DNA from: Phycisphaerales bacterium
Lineage (GTDB): Bacteria; Planctomycetota; Phycisphaerae; Phycisphaerales; UBA5793
DNA length: 64,000 nucleotides
Assembly (NCBI GenBank): GCA_026647365.1
Contig: JAPKGW010000015.1
Coordinates: forward strand, 4,177 to 68,176
Reading direction: 5' to 3'
Position numbers and translations under genes: made by a program. A model generated the notes under the pieces. It was not told the origin of the DNA. It ran no database searches and saw only the letters and a program-made list of their open reading frames with translations. This document shows, piece after piece, positions 37,814 through 46,244 of the stretch (positions are counted from its first letter, which is position 1; every line of letters starts with the position of its first letter).

Positions 37814-39527
37814 CGGCCACTGCACCAACACCAAACGCGGCCGCGACGAGAAGGTCAATCTCCGACTCGATGGCTGCGACATCGAGCTCGCCACTGCCCG
37901 GATGGATCAGATTCCGGACCAGCCGAATGATCTCGTTCGACTCAGCGGACTTCCTGTCGGGCAGAGGGTACTGCTGGACATACTGCGTAAGGTAGCGCCG
38001 CCGCTGGGCATACAGGCGATTCTGAAAGCAGAGCTCGTGGTACCGAGCCATCGTTGACGAATTGGCCACTCCAAGAATCAGGAAAAGCAGTTCGATGTCG
38101 CGCGGGTCGTTCGCTGTGATCCAATAGCAGTTGCCGTCGACAATGCTCTCCTGGTCATCGAGGAAGAAGCGTGCGTCCGGGCTGATGTCCGGGAAGACGA
38201 TTTTCGGCTCCGCCCAGGCAGCGGGATCTTGCGGCACCCAGATCTCGTACCAGAGGCGCCCCGCGTCAAGGACGTACTTCCGCGATTCGAGTCGCTCCCG
38301 GTGATGGACGAGATACCGCCAAGCCCGTGACTCCTCAGCAAAGCGCACGGCGCGGCGCTCGCCGTCACGCACCTCATGAGTGTAGAGCACCCGGAGCAGA
38401 TCGGCACCGCTTCGGGACGGAACCCAACGAGCCGCATTCCGCTGGGAGAGAAGCGGCCGAAGATGCCGATCTTCCGGCCGCCGTTCCGCGGGCACATCAT
38501 CCCAATCATCGCGTATGAACACCTTGTCCGCCGTGGTCTTGATGCCGACGCGCACCCGAGCCACATCCGCTATTCGACACGCTGCGCTTCGGTCGACCGC
38601 CCGCACCCACTCACCCTCGTCTGATGTATGCATCGTCCAAGGCTGCGAAGAGTCCGGTGGTGCTTCGAGTCTGCCGGTCGAGACCTCGAACAGGGTTCCG
38701 TTCACGCGATACCGGCCATCTTTCGGAACGGCGATCGCAGCCGGGATGGACTCCACGAGCGTGGCAGTCGGCCCCTCACTCGTCGTCGAGTAGACTCGCG
38801 TGAACTCCGCCCGCATCGGCTCGTCGCTCAGCCTCGGAACATCTCGTCGCACGCCAAAGATCAGGGCCGGGAGCACGGCGGCTCCAAACAGCTTTGTGTC
38901 TCCGAGGTCGACGATCTCCAAGAGATCAAACTGGCTGCGGAGAAATCGCCTGGTCGATGCGCCTGCCTTCGTTGTGAGAAACCGATTCGAAGTGATTACG
39001 CCGAGCACTCCACCTGGTCGTAGCGATTCGGCCATCGCCACGAGGAATGCCTGATAGAGATCCACTCGACCTTCCAGCCCGAACTTGGCCGCCAGATGCT
39101 GAGCACGCTGAGCACCGAGCACTTGCGTGCGGACGTACGGCGGATTGGCGATCACGACTTCAACCGGATCGATCGGCGGCAGGGACGCGAACATCGTGCC
39201 ATCGTCCACGAGGTCGAGAAAGTCCCCCATCTTCAAGTCCGCAGGTGGAACGTCCTCCATCGTCGCGATCCGACGGGTGAGCGTGTCAAAGGATCCGATG
39301 TCGTCCTCGATGCCGACTAATGTGCTGCGCCGGCGTACTTCGGCAGGTAGCGCCTGCGCCATTGCCACAAGCAGGTTGCCGTCTCCACATGCCGGATCAA
39401 GTATGCGTAACGGCCCCTCGAAGCGCCACAGCTGTTGCGTCAGCCGCTGCGCTACCAGATCCGCAAGCGGCTTGGGGGTGAAGTGGGCGCCGGTCTGCTT
39501 TTGCTTGTCACGAGGCGTGGCATACAT
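37794..39527 (-). CDS. N6-adenine DNA methyltransferase (Eco57I/TaqI-like, gamma class)
   Basis: 'GAHFTPKPLADLV', motif I 'ILDPACGDGNLL', motif IV 'VIANPPYVRTQ', large C-terminal target-recognition region. Confidence 0.85.
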   Translation of the reverse strand: MYATPRDKQKQTGAHFTPKPLADLVAQRLTQQLWRFEGPLRILDPACGDGNLLVAMAQALPAEVRRRSTLVGIEDDIGSFDTLTRRIATMEDVPPADLKMGDFLDLVDDGTMFASLPPIDPVEVVIANPPYVRTQVLGAQRAQHLAAKFGLEGRVDLYQAFLVAMAESLRPGGVLGVITSNRFLTTKAGASTRRFLRSQFDLLEIVDLGDTKLFGAAVLPALIFGVRRDVPRLSDEPMRAEFTRVYSTTSEGPTATLVESIPAAIAVPKDGRYRVNGTLFEVSTGRLEAPPDSSQPWTMHTSDEGEWVRAVDRSAACRIADVARVRVGIKTTADKVFIRDDWDDVPAERRPEDRHLRPLLSQRNAARWVPSRSGADLLRVLYTHEVRDGERRAVRFAEESRAWRYLVHHRERLESRKYVLDAGRLWYEIWVPQDPAAWAEPKIVFPDISPDARFFLDDQESIVDGNCYWITANDPRDIELLFLILGVANSSTMARYHELCFQNRLYAQRRRYLTQYVQQYPLPDRKSAESNEIIRLVRNLIHPGSGELDVAAIESEIDLLVAAAFGVGAVAVTGTAG

Positions 39528-39653
39528 ACAACACCCTAACTCCTGTGGTCCCTTGAGTCAACCCCACTGGTCGAAGTCCGTCGAACCGCATCCGCGATCA
39601 TCGTAGGTCTCTTGAAGCCGCGCCCGTTCGCTTCCCTCAGCGAAAGCCCTCGC

Positions 39654-40244
39654 TCATTCACGATCGAGGACGAGCCTCAGCCGCGCCCACTCGCGCCATG
39701 GCTCGCTCTCGCCGCGCATGGCGATCTCTTCGAGGAGGCTGCGCGTGCGGTCGTCGGTGCGGCGGTGGCGGAGCTGGAGGCGCGCCAGGGCCTGGGTGGT
39801 CGCGATGTGACCGGGGTAGACCTCCAAGGCTGAGTCGCAGGCGGCGAGGGCTTCGTCGATGCGTCCGGCGCGCTCAAGGGTCAGCGCCAGGTTGAGGCGC
39901 GGATCGGGATGGCCGGGCATGAGTTTACGGGCCCACTCGAACTCGTTGGCGGCTTCGTAGAGTTCGCCGCGTGTGAGGTGCAGAACGCCGAGATTGTTGT
40001 GCGCCGGCCCGTGGTAGAGATCATGGGTGAGCGCTTCGCGGAACAGTTCCTCGGCGCGGTCGGGATCGCTCTCCATCAGGTCGGCGGCCTGACGGGTGAG
40101 GCGCTGGGCCTCCAGGGGATTGCGCATCGCTTCGCGCGGCGCGGAGTAGGGGCCGACCGTTCGGCTGCCGGTGCAACCGATCGGCAGCAATGCCAGTACC
40201 AGGATCAGCGCGGCGCCAAGGATCGCTTGCGTGTCGTTGTTCAT
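39654..40244 (-). CDS. TPR-repeat probable lipoprotein (last gene of T2SS operon)
   Basis: ATG 40244. 'ILGAALILVLALLPIGCTGS' signal with a Cys. At least three TPR units ('ALTHDLYHGPAHNNLGVLHLTRGELYEAANEFEWARKLMPGHPDPRLNLALTLERAGRIDEAL'). Confidence 0.7.
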   Translation of the reverse strand: MNNDTQAILGAALILVLALLPIGCTGSRTVGPYSAPREAMRNPLEAQRLTRQAADLMESDPDRAEELFREALTHDLYHGPAHNNLGVLHLTRGELYEAANEFEWARKLMPGHPDPRLNLALTLERAGRIDEALAACDSALEVYPGHIATTQALARLQLRHRRTDDRTRSLLEEIAMRGESEPWREWARLRLVLDRE

Positions 40245-40267
40245 GGTCTGCTCGCTTTCCTTCCCTG

Positions 40268-40795
40268 CTACGTTCGCGCGAGATACACCGCGCTGATGTG
40301 GAGCCGCAGATCGTACAGGTCGGGTTCCTTCGGATCGCGGCGGTGGGTCAGTTCGAGACGGCCTGTGGACCATTGGTCCTGGACCAGATGCCATCGCTCG
40401 AGCAGTTGCCCGATCTGAGCCGGCGTAAGCCGTTCAAGGCTGATCGCCATCGACTGCCGCCGAAGAGCCGGTTCACCGCCCTGGGCGTTCGTCACCGAAG
40501 CGTCAACTCCCTCGCCGATGCCCTGAAGGCGATCGGTGGGTATCCCCGCATCGACGAGTGCCGCGTTCACCAGTGCGAGCACATCGGCCTTGGGGCGCTC
40601 GCGCCAGGCGACGACCTCCCGCCTGGCCCGCAGCTCGATGACCTCGGACGCGTCGCGCCTGAGTTGCTCGAACGCCGCGATCGCCGCCTCGTGTCGTTGC
40701 CGCGCCGCAGCGACTCGATTGACCTGCACGGCGATCATGCACAGCGATCCAGTGACGGCAAGCATGATGATCAGGGATGGGCGCATGCGGGTCAT
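40268..40795 (-). CDS. GspM-like T2SS inner-membrane protein
   Basis: 175 aa, single N-terminal TM plus periplasmic domain. Assigned by position after the L-like gene, with a 4-nt overlap. Confidence 0.5.
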   Translation of the reverse strand: MTRMRPSLIIMLAVTGSLCMIAVQVNRVAAARQRHEAAIAAFEQLRRDASEVIELRARREVVAWRERPKADVLALVNAALVDAGIPTDRLQGIGEGVDASVTNAQGGEPALRRQSMAISLERLTPAQIGQLLERWHLVQDQWSTGRLELTHRRDPKEPDLYDLRLHISAVYLART

Positions 40796-41709
40796 GGACG
40801 GCTCCCGTCGGCGATGTCGCGTGAGGCCGAGCGGCGGGTCAGCCGCCAGGTCAACCTCACTCCGTCACTCACTGTGCTGATCTGGGGCTGGCGAGCCTCC
40901 CATTCGTCGGGCAGTTGGAACGCGGAGACGAATCCCTGCGCCGCCGGGGCGGTGGGAAGCAGACCGATGAGCGTGACCGACGCGGGCGTGACACTGATCG
41001 ACTCGGTCATGATCGGCTGGTCGGTCGGCCAGCGCTGGAGCAGGGCCGCAAGTGTGTGTCCGGATTGGGGCTCCTCGAGATCCGATGATTGAGCGGCGCG
41101 GCCTCTGGTGCGTTCAAGCTGACGCAATTCGGCCACGAGGCGCAGAGGCATTGGTTGGGTCGATGGCGCGGAGATCTCCGGAGGATAGAGATCGTCATAG
41201 ACGGCTTGACTTTTCGCCTGCATCTCCACGATGGCACGATTCCAAGCATCGATGCGACGCTCGGCGCCGAGCACAACGGCCAGCAGGAGCAGCGCGGCTA
41301 CCACCGCCGATTCACCGATGAACCGGCGGCGCTCTCGCCGCACCAACGTCGGCTCGTGGAGGCCGGTCAGCAGGTTGATCGGGCGTGGACCAACGGGGCA
41401 CTCTGGCACCACCTCCTCGGGAATCCCATCTGGACTGAGCGTGAGCGCTTCGCGGAGCGACAGGTCTGTGGTCAGCCGCTCGTGTTCAATACCGCAGGCG
41501 ATGAATCGATTGTCGCCCAGCGGCAGGTAGACCGCGTGGACGCGTTCGATCGGCACAGGCAGGTCGGACTCGAACAAGTATCCGAGGGCTCGCGAATCGG
41601 GTCCACGCTGAAAGAACCTCCTCGGCAATACTGAAGCGTCAAGCAATGCCCAGTAGAAGCGATGGGCCGGCCAGGTGATGTGGCGCTGCGGTTGGGAGGC
41701 GGGACTCAT
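40792..41709 (-). CDS. GspL-like T2SS protein (cytoplasmic domain + TM + periplasmic domain)
   Basis: 305 aa with central TM 'AVVAALLLLAVVLGA'. Assigned by operon position. Overlaps both neighbours by 4 nt. Confidence 0.5.
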   Translation of the reverse strand: MSPASQPQRHITWPAHRFYWALLDASVLPRRFFQRGPDSRALGYLFESDLPVPIERVHAVYLPLGDNRFIACGIEHERLTTDLSLREALTLSPDGIPEEVVPECPVGPRPINLLTGLHEPTLVRRERRRFIGESAVVAALLLLAVVLGAERRIDAWNRAIVEMQAKSQAVYDDLYPPEISAPSTQPMPLRLVAELRQLERTRGRAAQSSDLEEPQSGHTLAALLQRWPTDQPIMTESISVTPASVTLIGLLPTAPAAQGFVSAFQLPDEWEARQPQISTVSDGVRLTWRLTRRSASRDIADGSRP

Positions 41710-42248
41710 GGATGCTCCTCATCCGACGCGCCGAGCGTGAGATGCGTATCGGAACCCGACGGCGGCGGGGTGATCGAGAGCCGGAGCGCTCGCGATCCGT
41801 CGCGCAGATCGACGCCGCCGGAGTCCACCTGGAGGACCTCCAGTCGGCCGATGCGATCGCCGGCTGCGGCGATGTGAAGTCGATCCGCTCCCATCTCGTA
41901 CAGGGCGGCGAGGTAACGCTGTGACTCAGTGATGATGGCGATCAACTCGAGGTTGGGCGGCGGCGCAGGCGGCTCGCGATTCGCGGCCAGCGCCTTCTCC
42001 GACTGAGTCGGCGCATTCCACAGTCGAACCTGGAACACCGATGCGTCGAAGGGCGGTTCGGGAGCGCCCGGGCCGGGCGTCGATGCTGAATCCCCCTCGC
42101 GCGCGAACCCCACCGAGTTGGCCGCGTCAGGGATGCGAATGGGGGCGAGCGCCCAGACGAACGCGATCCCGGCCGCGACGGCTCCGGCGGAGCCGGTGAT
42201 GGCGCGCCTTCGACGCCAGGTGCGAATTGGATCAGTCAGGGATGACAC
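41706..42248 (-). CDS. GspC/PilP-like T2SS protein (TM + Pro-rich linker + HR-like beta domain)
   Basis: TM 'AVAAGIAFVWALAP', Pro-rich linker, C-terminal 'AAGDRIGRLEVLQVDSGGVDLRDGSRALRL'. The start is uncertain: GTG 42248 was chosen to avoid a 98-nt overlap with gspK, while the ORF maximum is 42329. Confidence 0.4.
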   Translation of the reverse strand: MSSLTDPIRTWRRRRAITGSAGAVAAGIAFVWALAPIRIPDAANSVGFAREGDSASTPGPGAPEPPFDASVFQVRLWNAPTQSEKALAANREPPAPPPNLELIAIITESQRYLAALYEMGADRLHIAAAGDRIGRLEVLQVDSGGVDLRDGSRALRLSITPPPSGSDTHLTLGASDEEHP

Positions 42249-43125
42249 AGCGCTGCACACACTCCCATCTGCCGGAGACGAGCCGATAGACACTCCACCA
42301 TGATCGTCGGGCTGAGCCGACGCGCACATCGATCCGCGCGGCCCAGGAGGAACTGGAACCTACCAGACGCGGCGCATGGCTGGAGGCGCCTTGGCGCTCG
42401 CCCTCAGGGGCTCGCGGAAGTGGAGCGAGCCGTCCCTCGCGACGGGCGGCCACAATGACTTCGAGGCCCCCGCGCCCGGCCGCCGCCAGTGCCGCCTCGA
42501 GAAGCGGCATGGGAGCGGTGTTCACATTGATCGAGCCACTCTCTCCGTTGGGATGCGTCGCGATCCACGCGCCGATGGAGAGCACATCGCTCTCATCCGG
42601 CGACGGAAATGCGCTTCGGAGCGCGGAGCGGTCCAGTTCGAAGGGATCAAGCGCGAACTGATCCAAGCCGACCGGTTCCGCTCGAGGAGCACGGGAAGAA
42701 TTGATCCGTTCGAGGATGCCACCGGGGACTGCGGCGCGCAGGGGCGATCCTGCCCCGACCGCGCCGAAGGGCGCCATGCCGCACTGATCCCATGCCGTGA
42801 GGCGAATCTCGTAGACGGAACCGTCGAACTGCCAGTGTTCATGGAGCACATCAACGCGCGGGCTCATCGCTTCAAGGTCCAGAACGATCTTGCTTGATTC
42901 CTCCGAGAGCCAGTTCTGAAGCGGCCCCGCTTCGAGTTGAGCACGGATCGAGTCGGCCACCCGGCCCTGCTCCGAGAGCCGCTCCTGCACACTTGCGAGC
43001 AGAGCGCGCTGCGTGAATCCGACCGTGACGGGAACGATGAGGACGATCATCGCGAGGACGAGCAGGAGCGCCACACCGTGTCGGCGCGGCTCGAGACGAC
43101 GCGTTGCCAGGGCGGTCACGGCCAT
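42232..43125 (-). CDS. gspK: T2SS minor pseudopilin GspK
   Basis: 'RHGVALLLVLAMIVLIVPVTV' N-terminus typical of GspK. The size (297 aa) and position after gspJ fit. Confidence 0.65.
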   Translation of the reverse strand: MAVTALATRRLEPRRHGVALLLVLAMIVLIVPVTVGFTQRALLASVQERLSEQGRVADSIRAQLEAGPLQNWLSEESSKIVLDLEAMSPRVDVLHEHWQFDGSVYEIRLTAWDQCGMAPFGAVGAGSPLRAAVPGGILERINSSRAPRAEPVGLDQFALDPFELDRSALRSAFPSPDESDVLSIGAWIATHPNGESGSINVNTAPMPLLEAALAAAGRGGLEVIVAARREGRLAPLPRAPEGERQGASSHAPRLVGSSSSWAARIDVRVGSARRSWWSVYRLVSGRWECVQRCVIPD

Positions 43126-43631
43126 GTGAACCTCCTGCTCAACGCCTCGCCGTGGCGCGAGGCGATGGTCACGCTCAACACGCGCTGCTCTTCATCCCAC
43201 TCGACGCGCCACTCAGCGACGCCGCCGAGCAATAGTCGATCTCTCGCTGACATGGATCGCGCGGGCGATGTGATGGCGAGTACGAGTCTCTCTGCCGTTC
43301 GGTCGAAGCGGTATTCGTGGATCGCCGGACCCGGAGAATCCGGCGCCTGGGCTGAGGTGCTTCGAGTCCTGATGCGAAGCCGCGACGGCTCGATGACTTC
43401 GACGCGCGGCCGCGATTCGGAGTTCCGTGCGGCGGGCTCCAAGTCGCCGCAGGTGAGATCATCCTCAATTGCGGCGAGGACCCGCAGCGCCGCCGATCGC
43501 CACTCCAGTCGAGGCCCGCGATCGGCTGACAAGCGCGAGACGGTCACAAGCCACGAGGTGAGCAGCGAGCACAAGGCGCCGAGCAGCGCCAGGGCCGCAA
43601 GCAGTTCGAGGATGGTCATGCCGCGTCGCAT
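43116..43631 (-). CDS. gspJ: T2SS minor pseudopilin GspJ-like
   Basis: Prepilin-type N-terminus 'RRGMTILELLAALALLGAL'. The ATG shares 1 nt with the gspI stop. Confidence 0.6.
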   Translation of the reverse strand: MRRGMTILELLAALALLGALCSLLTSWLVTVSRLSADRGPRLEWRSAALRVLAAIEDDLTCGDLEPAARNSESRPRVEVIEPSRLRIRTRSTSAQAPDSPGPAIHEYRFDRTAERLVLAITSPARSMSARDRLLLGGVAEWRVEWDEEQRVLSVTIASRHGEALSRRFTWP

Positions 43632-44038
43632 CACGGTGAGGGGATCTCCTTCGGCAGCGCGACATAGCGCCACGCGATCACATCCGCGCAGGAAAAGGCG
43701 ATCCAGGCGTGCGCCGGCTCGTCGCCAGAGGCTTCTGGAATGACTCTGCGGATGCGCACCGGTGGACGCCCTGTGTCATCGGGCCAGTCGGCTGCGAAGT
43801 CCGCGCTCGAGTCAGCGATGATGCGTTCGCGGAAACCCTCATCGTCGAGCAGTCGGTCCGCCAGGCGCTCCAGCGCCAGGATGTCGATCGGTGCGGCGTC
43901 TTTGGACTCGGCTGCGGACATCGCCGGCACAGTGCGCAACAGCGCGGCGCAGACGCTGCTGAGGATCGCAAGCAGCACCGTAGCGGCGAGCACCTCGATC
44001 AGCGTCATGGCGCGTCGCTGGTCGGCGCGGCGGCTCAT
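43631..44038 (-). CDS. gspI: T2SS minor pseudopilin GspI-like
   Basis: 'RRAMTLIEVLAATVLLAIL' prepilin N-methylation motif. 135 aa. Confidence 0.65.
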   Translation of the reverse strand: MSRRADQRRAMTLIEVLAATVLLAILSSVCAALLRTVPAMSAAESKDAAPIDILALERLADRLLDDEGFRERIIADSSADFAADWPDDTGRPPVRIRRVIPEASGDEPAHAWIAFSCADVIAWRYVALPKEIPSP

Positions 44039-44536
44039 TCAGACGCCTCCTTCGAAATCGATCCGAGTGAATTGGCCCGTGAGGCCGTGCAGGAGCCATC
44101 GCTCGGCTGGCGCGCCCTCGCCGGCGATCTCGACGGTCGCGTCCGCGCTGCGGCCGGCGCGATCAATGTACAGACCACCAAGGGATGGTCCTCCCGTCTC
44201 CTCTCCACCAATGAATCGAATCGCCGTCCCATGTGGCAGTGAGAGGGACGCCGACCACGCGCCCTTGGGAGCGATCGCCAGGTTCGCGGCGAGGTGAGAA
44301 CCATCGTCAAGGACGCGAATGATCGCGGCGCACCCTTGCGTGCGCGCCGCGATTCGGGTCTGGGCGTCCAGGTTCATGAGTCCCCAGCGGGCTGATTGCA
44401 TTGCCCCGCCCCGGTCGGCGCGCGCCAGCGAAACCACGGCCACCGGAGCGATCAGGCCGAGGAGCATCACCACCGCAAGCATCTCGACGAGTGTGAAGCC
44501 GCCCGCGTGCGAAGTTGTTCCTCCACGCGGCTTCAT
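44039..44536 (-). CDS. gspH: T2SS minor pseudopilin GspH-like
   Basis: 'GGFTLVEMLAVVMLLGLI'. 165 aa. Confidence 0.65.
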   Translation of the reverse strand: MKPRGGTTSHAGGFTLVEMLAVVMLLGLIAPVAVVSLARADRGGAMQSARWGLMNLDAQTRIAARTQGCAAIIRVLDDGSHLAANLAIAPKGAWSASLSLPHGTAIRFIGGEETGGPSLGGLYIDRAGRSADATVEIAGEGAPAERWLLHGLTGQFTRIDFEGGV

Positions 44537-44994
44537 TGGTCGTTCCTTCCTCGCAGGCTCGCTGATGAGAGATCGGCGTTCTCCCCTTCGCCGCCGGGCT
44601 GCCCGTCCGCTCCGTAGGAGAGAATCTCGAAGGGATGCCCGTCGGGACCGGGCATGACATAGAGGTAACCGCGTCCCCAGGGATCGACGAGCTGGTCAGC
44701 GGTCACGAAGTAGGAAGCGGTCGGAGCGGCATGGGGAGCGCTGAGCACGGCCAGGCCGAGTTCGTTGCTCGGCCAGTCGCTCTTCTCGATGCGATAGGTC
44801 TCAACCTTGCCGACGAGCAGGCCGATGCCGCTCTTGGCGAGTTCGTGCTTCGCCTTGCCGAACGCCCCGGAGAACCCGACGAGCAGCGTCGTCGCGATCA
44901 GGCCGAGAATCACGACCACGGCCAGGACTTCCACGAGCGTCATGCCGCGAGAACTCGGCGCGACGGGACGACGAAGCGGATGGGTGGTGTTCAT
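44533..44994 (-). CDS. gspG: T2SS major pseudopilin GspG
   Basis: ATG 44994 overlaps the gspF stop (ATGA). 'RGMTLVEVLAVVVILGLIA' and the GspG C-terminal block 'DPWGRGYLYVMPGPDGHPFEILSYGADGQPGGEGENAD'. Confidence 0.9.
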   Translation of the reverse strand: MNTTHPLRRPVAPSSRGMTLVEVLAVVVILGLIATTLLVGFSGAFGKAKHELAKSGIGLLVGKVETYRIEKSDWPSNELGLAVLSAPHAAPTASYFVTADQLVDPWGRGYLYVMPGPDGHPFEILSYGADGQPGGEGENADLSSASLRGRNDQ

Positions 44995-46238
44995 CGAATC
45001 ACCTCCTGGAGCCGTGTGAGCGGAAGCACAGCGGCGAGGACCACGGTGCCCACAAGTGTGGCCAGGCAGAGGATGGCCGCGGGCTCGAGTAATGTGGCGA
45101 GCCGCGCGATCTGCCGCTCGGTGCGTCGCTCGTCGCGCTGGGCCATGCGTTCGAGGGTGGCTTCCAACTCGCCCGCCGCCTGGCCGCTGTGAAGCAATCG
45201 CCGGAACTGAGGCGTGAACCATGCCGCGTCGTCGAGTGCTTCCGCCAGGTCGCCGCCCTGTTCAATCTCTTCGGCTGCCTGCATCACCACACGGTTCAAG
45301 GCCATTGGAAGTGTGGTGGAAAGCACGCGAAGGGCCTCAACCGCCGGTACTCCCGCTCGCAGCAGATCCGCCAGGTTCTGAGAGAACTGGGCGACGGCCC
45401 AAGTGCGTAGCACACGCGGCGTAAGAGAAGCGGCGATGCGCGCCGCCCACGGCGACCGCTGGACCGCGGCACGGAGCCCGATCGCGGCGCCTGCCGCCAA
45501 CACGACCACTGTGAGCAGGACAATGGCGCCCCAGTGAGCGACGAACTGACCCGTCTGCATTACCCAGCGCGTCAGAATTGGAACCTCGATATTCGCCGTC
45601 GAAAGCAGATTCGCGAGGTCAGGCAGCGTCTTAACGCTCAGGAACACCGCCACGCCGATCGCGGCCACGGTGATGATGGCGGGATACGTGAGCGCTGCCA
45701 GAAGTTGGTGGCCCAGTTGCCCGGCTCGCGCTTCGCGCTCGGCCATGTGCTTAAGCACGTCCGGCAGCATGCCGCCATGCTGCCCCGATTCGACCATGGC
45801 GCAGTCGATCGCGTCGAACCATGAAGGATGACTCGCCATCGCTTGCGCCGGGCTCGCGCCGCTGCGCATCGCCTCGCGCCATTCGATGAGCATCGTCCGG
45901 CGCGATCGATTGGTCCAGCGGTCCCGCTCCTCGCTCATCACTTCGAGGCACTCGACCAGCGGAAGCCCTGACTCCAATAACGAGCAGAGGCCCTCGTAGA
46001 TCTCCGCCCGCTGGTCGCGCCGGCGCCGCCGCAGATGGCGGCTCCAAGCCTGGCGCAGGTGAGACGGCAATGCCAGCGGTCTCCGCGCCCGTCGGAGTTC
46101 GACGACCTGCCAGCCGATGCGCCGCAGGGAAGTGCGAACCTCGGCCGCGGTCTCGGCCATGAGTTCGCCTCGACGCGGAGCCAGCGCCTGCCCCGCCTCC
46201 CTTCGCACCGCAGTGTATCGCCACAGTTCCATCGCCAC
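44991..46238 (-). CDS. gspF: T2SS inner-membrane platform protein GspF
   Basis: 415 aa with two T2SF repeats and three TM segments in the typical arrangement. Confidence 0.9.
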   Translation of the reverse strand: MAMELWRYTAVRREAGQALAPRRGELMAETAAEVRTSLRRIGWQVVELRRARRPLALPSHLRQAWSRHLRRRRRDQRAEIYEGLCSLLESGLPLVECLEVMSEERDRWTNRSRRTMLIEWREAMRSGASPAQAMASHPSWFDAIDCAMVESGQHGGMLPDVLKHMAEREARAGQLGHQLLAALTYPAIITVAAIGVAVFLSVKTLPDLANLLSTANIEVPILTRWVMQTGQFVAHWGAIVLLTVVVLAAGAAIGLRAAVQRSPWAARIAASLTPRVLRTWAVAQFSQNLADLLRAGVPAVEALRVLSTTLPMALNRVVMQAAEEIEQGGDLAEALDDAAWFTPQFRRLLHSGQAAGELEATLERMAQRDERRTERQIARLATLLEPAAILCLATLVGTVVLAAVLPLTRLQEVIR

Positions 46239-46244
46239 TCCAAA

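Noticed and set aside
41706-42329. Full-length 207-aa ORF start at ATG 42329
   Set aside because: It would overlap gspK by 98 nt and has no Shine-Dalgarno sequence. An internal GTG (42248) is more compatible with the tight operon spacing, but the true start remains uncertain.
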